Shown piece by piece: positions 10,377 to 18,708 of a stretch of DNA of 64,000 nucleotides. Both the position numbers and the translations under genes were made by a program. The notes beneath the pieces are model-generated. The model saw only the letters and a program-made list of their open reading frames with translations, was not told the DNA's origin and made no database searches. Numbering within the stretch: position 1 is the first letter of the stretch; each line of letters begins with the position of its first letter. Origin of the DNA: Fibrobacterales bacterium (GTDB taxonomy: Bacteria; Fibrobacterota; Fibrobacteria; Fibrobacterales; JAOPTW01); assembly GCA_051532035.1 (NCBI GenBank), contig JAOPTW010000056.1, forward strand, positions 20,613-84,612. Direction: 5' to 3'.

Positions 10377-11834
10377 TTACTTCTTAGTGAGGCTCTCTGC
10401 TATAGAGACGAGTGAGCGTACTCCCCATCCTGTAGCACCCCAATTGTAATATTTCCACTCTTTGGTTATGAAGGCAGTACCTGCAATGTCAAGGTGGGCC
10501 CAAGTTGCACCTTCAGGTACAAATTCTTGTAAAAAGAGTCCGGCGGTGATTGCTCCAGCCGATTCACTAATATTGCGAAGGTCGGCAACTTTATCGTCGA
10601 GCTCGTCACGATACTCTTCTTCGAGAGGCATGTGCCAAAACTTTTCACCATTTGCTTTACCAGATTTTAAAATAGTTGTAGCAAATGCGTCTTTGTTCGA
10701 AAAGAGACCAGTCATTTTGGGGCCAATTGCACGGACGATAGCGCCAGTTAAGGTCGCAAGGTCAATAATGTGAGTTGCTCCAATGAGACCCGCTTCGGCG
10801 AGTCCATCAGTCAGTACAAGGCGACCCTCTGCATCTGTGTTCTCAACCTGAATGGTTTTACCATTTTTCGCTGTAAAAATATCTCCAGGGAGTGCGGCGT
10901 CTTGGCCAGGGCGATTCTCTGCAAGGCATATAACTGCAGATACATTTATAGGGAGCTTAAGCTCTGCGATTGCTTTAAACGCGCCAAGTACTGTTCCTGC
11001 ACCACCCATATCCATGCGCATTTCCCACATACTGCCCGCAGGTTTTAAAGAAATCCCACCAGTATCAAAGGTAATGCCTTTACCGACAAGTGCAAGCTTC
11101 GTCGATTTTGGTGCTTTGCTATGAGTATAATTGAGTGTTACCATGTAAGGGTCGTTTGGACTCCCTTTTCCCACAGTAATAAGTCCGTTAAAGCCTTCTT
11201 TCGCAAGTGCTTTTTTGTCTCGTATCGAGATCTCAATACTATCGGTTGCAGCGGCGAGTTTTTTAGCGCGTGCAACAAAATCTTTTGGAGTAAGACTTGA
11301 ACCTGGTTCATTGATGAGGTCTCGTGTAACAGTAGCGCCAAGGCTGAGCGTCATTTCACGATCAACAATTTTTTGTAAGTGCCGTTTCTCTGATCCGTCG
11401 ACATAGAGTACAAGGGTTACTGTTTGTTGTTCTGTAGGTTCTGACTTATATCCTGTAAAGCTGTATCCGCCGGTGAGGAAGCCTTGACAGAGTGCTGAGA
11501 GGGCTTCATCTTTAATTTTAGGCAGCACTAACGCGATAGAATCATGTTTTCTTTTTTGAGCAAAACCAGAAACGTGGTAGGCGGCAATTCTGAGGTGCTC
11601 TGTAGTGTCAAGACCTTTGGGTTCAGCAATTTCATGAATAATAGTTTCAGGAGCTCCTTGAAGAACTTGTGTGCCACTGAGTCTACTTTCTTCGAGCTGT
11701 TTGATTATTTCTTTTGATTCTGATGATACATGAGCACTAGGAGTTGAGAGCTGTACACTCCCTTTTTTACAAAAAATCACCAGTGGTTCTGCTATGGATT
11801 TTGCTTGAGCTATTGTTCTGAGTTCAATGTTCAT
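10377..11834 (-). CDS. pepA: Leucyl aminopeptidase (M17)
   Basis: VGKGITFDTGG, DMGG, NTDAEGRLVL.D, ATLTG, HLDIAG; start ATG 11834 follows GAGG. Confidence 0.95.
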   Translation of the reverse strand: MNIELRTIAQAKSIAEPLVIFCKKGSVQLSTPSAHVSSESKEIIKQLEESRLSGTQVLQGAPETIIHEIAEPKGLDTTEHLRIAAYHVSGFAQKRKHDSIALVLPKIKDEALSALCQGFLTGGYSFTGYKSEPTEQQTVTLVLYVDGSEKRHLQKIVDREMTLSLGATVTRDLINEPGSSLTPKDFVARAKKLAAATDSIEISIRDKKALAKEGFNGLITVGKGSPNDPYMVTLNYTHSKAPKSTKLALVGKGITFDTGGISLKPAGSMWEMRMDMGGAGTVLGAFKAIAELKLPINVSAVICLAENRPGQDAALPGDIFTAKNGKTIQVENTDAEGRLVLTDGLAEAGLIGATHIIDLATLTGAIVRAIGPKMTGLFSNKDAFATTILKSGKANGEKFWHMPLEEEYRDELDDKVADLRNISESAGAITAGLFLQEFVPEGATWAHLDIAGTAFITKEWKYYNWGATGWGVRSLVSIAESLTKK

Positions 11835-11972
11835 TATATCTACCTCTAAAAGACTTAGGTTCGAATGTTTCCCAGGGTGAAGACCATGAGTCAAAAACAA
11901 TCAAATCCTTATGAAATATATTATTTTACAAGGATTTATAAAGAATTGCAACGAATTGCAGTTATTAGAAAC

Positions 11973-12000
11973 AAAAAAAGGTCAACTTTGAGTTGACCTT
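11973..12000 (-). terminator. Intrinsic terminator of L31 gene
   Basis: AAGGTCAACT-ttg-AGTTGACCTT with U-tract on the minus strand. Confidence 0.8.
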
Positions 12001-12022
12001 AAATACTGATTAAAAGAGAATG

Positions 12023-12319
12023 TTATTCTTCGTCTTTCTTACGAGTAACTTCTTTTCTTGTCTTTCTTTTACCTGATGTAATTTTGTCATATTTCTTAGC
12101 GAAACGGTCAATACGTCCTGCAGTATCGAGTCTATGAACTTTTCCAGTCCAAAATGGGTGAGAGTCTGAAGTCACCTCGCATTGAATAATGTAGTGCTCA
12201 ACACCGTCGATCTCTTTGGTTTCTTTAGAGGTCATGGTTGATTTAGTAGCAAATTCAGCTTTAGTACTAGCATCAATAAAAACTACTGGGCTGTATGATG
12301 GATGTAATCCTTCTTTCAT
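12023..12319 (-). CDS. rpmE2: 50S ribosomal protein L31 type B (zinc-independent) with charged C-terminal tail
   Basis: MK.G.HP.Y..VVF.D, S.SHPFWTG, DTAGRIDRF; no CxxC pairs. Confidence 0.92.
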   Translation of the reverse strand: MKEGLHPSYSPVVFIDASTKAEFATKSTMTSKETKEIDGVEHYIIQCEVTSDSHPFWTGKVHRLDTAGRIDRFAKKYDKITSGKRKTRKEVTRKKDEE

Positions 12320-12463
12320 ATAAGTATCCGTTAAAGTGTCACGTTTTAATTCGTTGCAAATATAGAACTATTTGACTATTAATCAATGAATTATTCCAGT
12401 GATAGTGAATAAAAAAGGGCTTTTTATTAGCTTTGACCCTTATTAGGGATAATTGTTAGGCGT

Positions 12464-13048
12464 ATGGTTCACTGTTTTCGCAAAAATATCAAGATAGGAG
12501 TGCTCATAGGCTCTCTTTTAAGTCTTTGTGTATTCATTGGGTGCAGCAGTGACGGTGAGTACGAATTTAAGTCAAAAATGGGTCAAAAGGTGGTGCTCGA
12601 GCAGTTTCCAGATTCCCTCGACCTTGATAGTGCCAAAAAAATCCGACATTACAAACAAGATACCACTCACCGAAAAAAGAAGCTTGAGATGGACCTTGAG
12701 ACTGCTTTGGTAAGAAAGCCTCAGATGAGTGGTTCAAAAAGTGGAACTTCTGGTCAAAAAATTAAAACCAAAAAGTTTATCACAAAGGAACTTTTTGTTG
12801 AGCGCTTCTCTAAACAGATTACAAAAATGAAAAATGATCCTCAGAATAGAGGCTTGTTTATGAGTATTACACCACGCACGAGGATGAGTATCAAGCAGGT
12901 ACTCTCAAAACAGTACAATACCTATGCAACCGCCATACCAGATGTGCTCATAAAATATGAGTTAAAAGCACTTAATCCGACAATAGATTTTAACGCCATT
13001 CCAAAAGGTACTCCTGTGATTATTCCAAGAGTAGACCTTTTTAAGTAG
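12464..13048 (+). CDS. Hypothetical lipoprotein with LysM-like C-terminus
   Basis: Lipobox FIGC; C-terminal LKALNP.IDFN.I..G..VIIP. Confidence 0.55.
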   Translation: MVHCFRKNIKIGVLIGSLLSLCVFIGCSSDGEYEFKSKMGQKVVLEQFPDSLDLDSAKKIRHYKQDTTHRKKKLEMDLETALVRKPQMSGSKSGTSGQKIKTKKFITKELFVERFSKQITKMKNDPQNRGLFMSITPRTRMSIKQVLSKQYNTYATAIPDVLIKYELKALNPTIDFNAIPKGTPVIIPRVDLFK

Positions 13049-13056
13049 TAGAGTAT

Positions 13057-14622
13057 ATGAGAAAAGAGATAGAAAAACGCAGAACCTTCGCTATTGTGTC
13101 CCATCCGGATGCAGGTAAAACCACTATTACCGAAAAGTTTCTTTGGTATGGTAAGGTCATTCGCGAAGCTGGTCATGTTCGTGCAAAACAGAACCGTTCA
13201 CATACAACTTCTGACTGGATGAAAATTGAACAGCAACGGGGTATTTCGGTTTCGTCATCGGTGCTCAACTTCCCTCATGGAAACTCTCAGTTTAATCTAC
13301 TGGATACTCCGGGTCACCAAGACTTTAGTGAAGATACCTATAGAGCACTCACTGCGGTTGACTCTGCTCTGGTACTCCTCGATTCGGTGAATGGTGTAGA
13401 ACGACAAACGATTAAATTGATGGATGTGTGTCGACTTCGTAAAACTCCTATTATCACCTTTATCAACAAAATGGATCTCGATGGCAAAGATGCCATTGAT
13501 CTTATTGATGAAATTGAAGAAATTTTGAAAATAAAATGTGCCCCATTTTCCCTTCCAATCGGCTACGGAAAGCTTTTTAAAGGGGTCTATTCAATTATTG
13601 ATGACACCCTACATTCATATTCAAAAGATGGAAGTGAGCAAGAGGTAGTACAACTCTCGGGGATTGATGACCCAAAACTAGACGACCTTTTTGATGAGCG
13701 TGATGTAACCGAGCTTCGTGACCGCTACGATCTGGTTACTGGAGTAATGGAGCCTTTTGATCAAGAAGCTTTTTTAAATGGTGATCAGTGCCCTGTTTTT
13801 TATGGCTCTGCCATTGCTAACTTTGGAGTAAAGCAGCTCCTTGATACCTTTGAGCGATTAGCACCACCACCACTTCCTCGTGATACTGATGTTCGGGTTG
13901 TTGATCCACACGAAGAGAACTTTTCTGGATTTATCTTTAAAATTCAAGCAAATATGGACCCGAAACACCGAGATAGAACGGCTTTTATGCGTATCTGTTC
14001 GGGTAAATTTGAGCGTGGTTCAAAGGTGATTCATTGTCGTACCGGTAAAAAACTGAGCATGGCAGCTCCAACGTCATTTATGGCTAAAAATAAAGATATT
14101 CTCGATGTTGCCTATGCTGGTGATATTGTTGGAATAAATGATCCAGGAATGTTTAATATAGGTGATACTCTGACTGCAGGCGAAAAATTTAAATTTCATG
14201 GTATCCCACATTTTGCTCCTGAATATTTTGCCAAAGTTACTCTTGAGAATCCTTTGAAATCGAAGCAGATGAAAAAGGGACTCGATCAGCTTTCAGAAGA
14301 GGGAGCAACCCAGCTTTTTCAACCCATACAGTCGCCTACAGCTATTATTGGAGTTGTTGGAGAATTGCAATTTGATGTTCTAAAACACCGATTAGAGTAT
14401 GAGTATCAAGCTAATGTTATCCTTGATCGATTTAATGTGTTTGAAGCGCGTTGGATTGTAGGGGATAAAGAAGAGATCAAAAAGTTTGTAAAAGAGTATG
14501 GTTTTAATTGTTCAAATGATAAAGAGGGGAACCTAGTCTGTCTCTTTCCTAATGAGTTCAAACTCAACCTTGCTGAGAAAAACTACGAAGGTCTCACCTT
14601 TGAAAAGACAATGGAAAATTAA
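13057..14622 (+). CDS. prfC: Peptide chain release factor 3
   Basis: RRTFAIVSHPDAGKTT, SDWM..E.QRGISV, DTPGH.DFSEDTYR, KIQANMDPKHRDR. Confidence 0.98.
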   Translation: MRKEIEKRRTFAIVSHPDAGKTTITEKFLWYGKVIREAGHVRAKQNRSHTTSDWMKIEQQRGISVSSSVLNFPHGNSQFNLLDTPGHQDFSEDTYRALTAVDSALVLLDSVNGVERQTIKLMDVCRLRKTPIITFINKMDLDGKDAIDLIDEIEEILKIKCAPFSLPIGYGKLFKGVYSIIDDTLHSYSKDGSEQEVVQLSGIDDPKLDDLFDERDVTELRDRYDLVTGVMEPFDQEAFLNGDQCPVFYGSAIANFGVKQLLDTFERLAPPPLPRDTDVRVVDPHEENFSGFIFKIQANMDPKHRDRTAFMRICSGKFERGSKVIHCRTGKKLSMAAPTSFMAKNKDILDVAYAGDIVGINDPGMFNIGDTLTAGEKFKFHGIPHFAPEYFAKVTLENPLKSKQMKKGLDQLSEEGATQLFQPIQSPTAIIGVVGELQFDVLKHRLEYEYQANVILDRFNVFEARWIVGDKEEIKKFVKEYGFNCSNDKEGNLVCLFPNEFKLNLAEKNYEGLTFEKTMEN

Positions 14623-14634
14623 AAGAAAATAACC

Positions 14635-15570
14635 CTATACTTCGCAAATACGAATAGGTTTACTGTCTGAATGTTTCTCTTCATTGTAGTTGAGAATAAT
14701 ACATTCACTTTTTTTCTGAGCTTCGATGTTGATTATAAGTCTATCAGCAAGTTTACGAGAGATATAGAGGCCGCGGCCATGGGAATCAAGGAGTCCTTTA
14801 GGAAAGCCTTTTTCACCATTAGTTATTTGTCGATCAAGCCAGTAGAGTATTGTTTTTGAGTCGAGTTTTCCACCGTTGTCAATGATAGCAATACCGTTCT
14901 TTTCACTATCTTTTCCGTGCCAGATCTCAATAGCTTCTCCTTCAGGAAGGACAAAGTCACGGTCCCACATGTTTTTCTTTGAACCGTCTTCACTTTTTGC
15001 CCCATAAAAGAGGGCGTTAGTCATAAGCTCGGTTAACACAACTTTGAGTTTATCGATATTGTGTTTAAGTCCATAAAGCTGTGTAAGGTTTTCGCAAATT
15101 TCGTCAATCTGTCTGGGAGATCTGAGCAATATTTTTTTGACTTTAGTACGCTTTTTAAGATACTTCTCAAGCCCAAAGATATCTTTAGAGATGAGTTTAC
15201 TCGTTGCATCAATAATTTCAGTAGAGTCAAATGGTTTGGGGACTGGAATGATATTTTCAATTGAGTAATCTTTGATGAGATTCATGTTGCTCTCAATATT
15301 TTCATCAGTCAGAAGCAGTCGACTAGCGGTCGGACATATTTTCCGCGCTTCACTCAAAAGTTTATAGCCATTTGAGTCGGTTAATTTGACTTCAGATATG
15401 ATAAGATCAAAATCTTGGGTTTTAAGTCGCTCCATAGCATTAAAAAAGTTATCCACAACAGTTATGTGATAGCCGTTTTTAATGAAATCCTGATGGAGGG
15501 ATCCCCGTTCAATACCCTTGTTCTCAACGATAAGGATTTTGTTTGTGCTGATTGTTAGATATTCGTGCAC
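14635..15570 (-). CDS. Receiver-like domain fused to HATPase_c (RsbW-like) domain
   Basis: N-terminal REC fold (KILIVE, FDLIISE); C-terminal ELMTNA.FYG, D.GG, GRGL boxes. Confidence 0.7.
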   Translation of the reverse strand: MHEYLTISTNKILIVENKGIERGSLHQDFIKNGYHITVVDNFFNAMERLKTQDFDLIISEVKLTDSNGYKLLSEARKICPTASRLLLTDENIESNMNLIKDYSIENIIPVPKPFDSTEIIDATSKLISKDIFGLEKYLKKRTKVKKILLRSPRQIDEICENLTQLYGLKHNIDKLKVVLTELMTNALFYGAKSEDGSKKNMWDRDFVLPEGEAIEIWHGKDSEKNGIAIIDNGGKLDSKTILYWLDRQITNGEKGFPKGLLDSHGRGLYISRKLADRLIINIEAQKKSECIILNYNEEKHSDSKPIRICEV

Positions 15571-15770
15571 TGTTCCTGACCAACTATTTCTTTACTACCC
15601 GATATTTAAAATATGCATTATGTAAAAGAAAAAGTGGTTTATTTTTACAATGAAGTCTTTTTCCTATATCGAGTTCAGAAGTGTTATTTTGGGGAATAAA
15701 TACCTCGATTACGCTCTGCAATGTTATTTTTGGATATAGAGATGGAGACCTTTTTAAAAATGTTGGAGAA

Positions 15771-16604
15771 ATGATGAATGTATTGATACTCTGTGCAGGG
15801 TATGGCTCTCGACTAGCGCCATTAACTGATAGAATTCCTAAACCCATGGTTAAAATAGCCGATAAGACCGGGCTTGAGATTCAAATTGAGGGGTGTGCTG
15901 GGCTAAATTACTCCAATATGTGTATTAATACACATCATCTTGCCGAACCGCTGCATACCTTTGCAACAGAACTTCCTATTCAAAAGGTCTTTTTTGAACC
16001 AGAAATTTTGGGAACGGGTGGTCCTCTTCATAGAATGTATAATGAGGGCTACACTGATGACCTCTTGGTTATAAACTGCGATATTTATCACGATTTTGAC
16101 CTTCAGAAATTTGTGTCAGAGGCTCAAGGGTCATATTATTCACTCTTATTAATCGATAATGAACAGTTTAATAGTGTCGAGGTGACCGAAGGTATGGTTA
16201 CCGGTGTGCGTAAGGTCTTTTCAGAAAAAGAGAGTACTTCCCTTAAAACTTTTTCAGGGGTCTCTTGGTATTCCAAGGAAGCTCTTGCGGATATACAAAA
16301 AGAACATTTTAGCATTGTATCATTTTGGAAAAATGCAGCCTCACACGGTAAGTTTGGTAGAGCTTTAGAAAATAATGAAACAGTGTGGATCGACATTGGG
16401 ACGCCTCAAGGGCTCTATGAGGCATCTTTTGATCGCGCTACGAAAATAGGGGCCCCCCTTGTCAATGGTTCATTAGTAGGGGATAGTGTACAGCTTCTGG
16501 ATGATGTTTCTATTAAAGATTCAATTATACTTGATGGCACTATTCTTTCGGGTGATGAATACGATAAGGCAATTGTGGGTGAAGGGATCGCATGGCAGCT
16601 CTAG
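15771..16604 (+). CDS. Sugar-phosphate nucleotidyltransferase (MurU-like)
   Basis: LCAGYGSRLAPLT..IPKP, LGTGG, WIDIGT; overlaps an AmgK-like kinase gene. Confidence 0.8.
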   Translation: MMNVLILCAGYGSRLAPLTDRIPKPMVKIADKTGLEIQIEGCAGLNYSNMCINTHHLAEPLHTFATELPIQKVFFEPEILGTGGPLHRMYNEGYTDDLLVINCDIYHDFDLQKFVSEAQGSYYSLLLIDNEQFNSVEVTEGMVTGVRKVFSEKESTSLKTFSGVSWYSKEALADIQKEHFSIVSFWKNAASHGKFGRALENNETVWIDIGTPQGLYEASFDRATKIGAPLVNGSLVGDSVQLLDDVSIKDSIILDGTILSGDEYDKAIVGEGIAWQL

Positions 16605-17566
16605 AAGCCAGAGAATTAAGAGGGGCCTCAGAGTGCATCTCAACCTATTTACACGAAAAAGGAGTTGCAGTGCCTTCTGAGCTTTCTCTCGCAGGGCAGG
16701 CAGCTTCAAGTCGACTCTATTACAGGATTCCCAGTGAATCCATGAGCTATGTATTAATGCAGGCTCCAGAAGTTGATAGTGATTTTGATCGGTTTATCGA
16801 GATAACCCAGCTGTTACAAAAAAGTGGAGTACGGGTTCCAGAGCTGTATGTTGTGGACAGAGAAAATGCTCAAATGCTGATAGAAGATTTGGGCACGGTA
16901 ATGTTATGGGATAATTGGCAGCATCTTCATGAGGTCGCTCAGTATAAGCAGGCAATAGATGCGTTAATTACATTACAAAAGGCGCCTATAACCAGTAGTA
17001 TGATCTCTGAGCCAAAAACTTTTGACCAAGAGATGCTCGAATGGGAGACGCGTTATTTTACGGAAAATTATCTTACTGTTTATGAGTGCCTCAGTGATGA
17101 TGAGCGGCGCAGTCATCGCTGTGAATGTATTGATTTAGCACAAGCAGTCGACTCTCATAAAAAAGTATTTATGCACCGAGATTTTCAATCTCAAAATATC
17201 ATGATTACAGGGGATGAAATTGCCTTGATAGATTATCAAGGAGCGAGAATGGGGAGTTATTGTTATGATCTCGCCTCCCTTGTTTGGGATCCTTATTGTA
17301 CTCTTTCAATAGAGATTGTTGATCAATTGGTACGGTACTATTATGAATCAGCAGAAATAGAATTGCCCTATGCAGAGTTTTATAGGGAGTTTATTGAAGC
17401 GTCGCTCCAGAGAGTTATGCAGGCGTGCGGAGCCTACTCCTTTTTATCCGACACCAAAGAGAAGGTGGAGTATAAAAAGCATTTGCAGCCTGGTTTAACC
17501 ATCTTAAAAACAGTTCTTTCTGAGTATGATGGCTTGCCGACTTTAAAAAATATTCTGAGTCGATAA
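16592..17566 (+). CDS. APH-family phosphotransferase (AmgK-like anomeric MurNAc/GlcNAc kinase)
   Basis: ASSR.YYR, EDLG, HRDFQSQNIM, IDYQGAR.G...YDLASL..D. Confidence 0.82.
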   Translation: MAALEARELRGASECISTYLHEKGVAVPSELSLAGQAASSRLYYRIPSESMSYVLMQAPEVDSDFDRFIEITQLLQKSGVRVPELYVVDRENAQMLIEDLGTVMLWDNWQHLHEVAQYKQAIDALITLQKAPITSSMISEPKTFDQEMLEWETRYFTENYLTVYECLSDDERRSHRCECIDLAQAVDSHKKVFMHRDFQSQNIMITGDEIALIDYQGARMGSYCYDLASLVWDPYCTLSIEIVDQLVRYYYESAEIELPYAEFYREFIEASLQRVMQACGAYSFLSDTKEKVEYKKHLQPGLTILKTVLSEYDGLPTLKNILSR

Positions 17567-17597
17567 GTTTTCTAAGGTTCGATTAGTTGTTTAAAAC

Positions 17598-17634
17598 AAA
17601 AAGGCCCCTGAGAATGTTCTCAGGGGCCTTTTTT
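17598..17634. terminator. Bidirectional terminator between convergent genes
   Basis: AAAAAGGCCCCTGAGAA-tg-TTCTCAGGGGCCTTTTT. Confidence 0.9.
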
Positions 17635-17647
17635 ATAGTCTTTGTAT

Positions 17648-18316
17648 TTACTGTGGGATCACAAGCTCTTGACCTGGAAAGATAAGGTCAGGATCTTTGA
17701 TTTGATCTTTATTTGCCGAGTAAATCTGTGGCCACTTAAAGGCATCGCCATAAATTTCGTCGTTCTCTGCAATTCTCCAGAGACAGTCACGACGCTCAGG
17801 AATGAGTCGAACAGTGTAGGTGTTACCACGCATTGCTGCACGAGCTTCTTTAGATGCGAGAAGTGCATCTTCGAGTCCGGTGATTTTACCATCAAGACGA
17901 GGGAAGATAGCAATTTTGTTTGCTTTAATTGATTCAACCTCTTTGTCCGCTATATCGAGTTGTTTACTCCACTCTGCAAGCATTTCAGAGTACTCAGATT
18001 CAAAACTCTGAATTTGCATAGTGAGATCATCGATTTTTTGAGCAAATGTGTCAAATTCTTCTTGGGTAATACCAACAAAATCGAGCATCTCTTGCCAGAG
18101 TGATTCAATTTGACTTTTACTATTGGTGAGCTGGCCTTGAAGGTCGGCGATATCTTTCTCAAGTTGGTCGATCTGTTGTTTGGCAGTCCCTTCTCTATCT
18201 TGCTCTTTTTTGAGCTCAACAAGGTACTGGTCATACGTCATCTCTTCTTGTGCAAAACTATTTGTAGCAGCAATAAGAAGAATAGCAGTGAGTATACTTT
18301 TAAATAATGTCATCAC
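17648..18316 (-). CDS. Secreted coiled-coil protein with C-terminal LysM domain
   Basis: Signal peptide ending SFA, heptad coiled coil, YTV....DCLWRIA...IYG...KW..IY.AN.DQIKDPDLIFPGQ.L.IP. Confidence 0.85.
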   Translation of the reverse strand: MMTLFKSILTAILLIAATNSFAQEEMTYDQYLVELKKEQDREGTAKQQIDQLEKDIADLQGQLTNSKSQIESLWQEMLDFVGITQEEFDTFAQKIDDLTMQIQSFESEYSEMLAEWSKQLDIADKEVESIKANKIAIFPRLDGKITGLEDALLASKEARAAMRGNTYTVRLIPERRDCLWRIAENDEIYGDAFKWPQIYSANKDQIKDPDLIFPGQELVIPQ

Positions 18317-18321
18317 GTCTC

Positions 18322-18576
18322 CTATTTTCTGTTTTTGAGTTCTGCAAACTCTTGTTCATGTTGTGCAAGAAGTGCCTGTACATCAGCTAACTCTTGTTGT
18401 AGTGTTGCTTTTTGGCGCTCAAGCTCAACTACTTTTTGTTCTGCTGCATCTGCTGCAGATTTTTGTTGTTCAAGCTTATCAAGGTCTTCTGGAGAAGGCA
18501 TTTTTGTACACCCAACTGCAACGAGGATTAATCCTACTGTAGCAGCTTTAAAGGTGTTAGAGAGTAATGTTTTCAT
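18322..18576 (-). CDS. Small coiled-coil lipoprotein ending in Arg-Lys
   Basis: Lipobox AVGC; 62-aa mature helical chain; start moved to ATG 18576 (GGAG upstream). Confidence 0.75.
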   Translation of the reverse strand: MKTLLSNTFKAATVGLILVAVGCTKMPSPEDLDKLEQQKSAADAAEQKVVELERQKATLQQELADVQALLAQHEQEFAELKNRK

Positions 18577-18629
18577 TGAATGATACTCCGATATGGTTCG
18601 GGTTACACTTATTATACCTTTAATATAAG

Positions 18630-18665
18630 AAAAAACGCCCCATTTCAAATAAATGGGGCGTTTTT
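18630..18665 (-). terminator. Intrinsic terminator after glgB
   Basis: AAAAACGCCCCATTT-caaat-AAATGGGGCGTTTTT. Confidence 0.85.
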
Positions 18666-18708
18666 ATCTCTAAAAGTTAAAAATAACAGTCAAATTACTC
18701 GGTAAATC

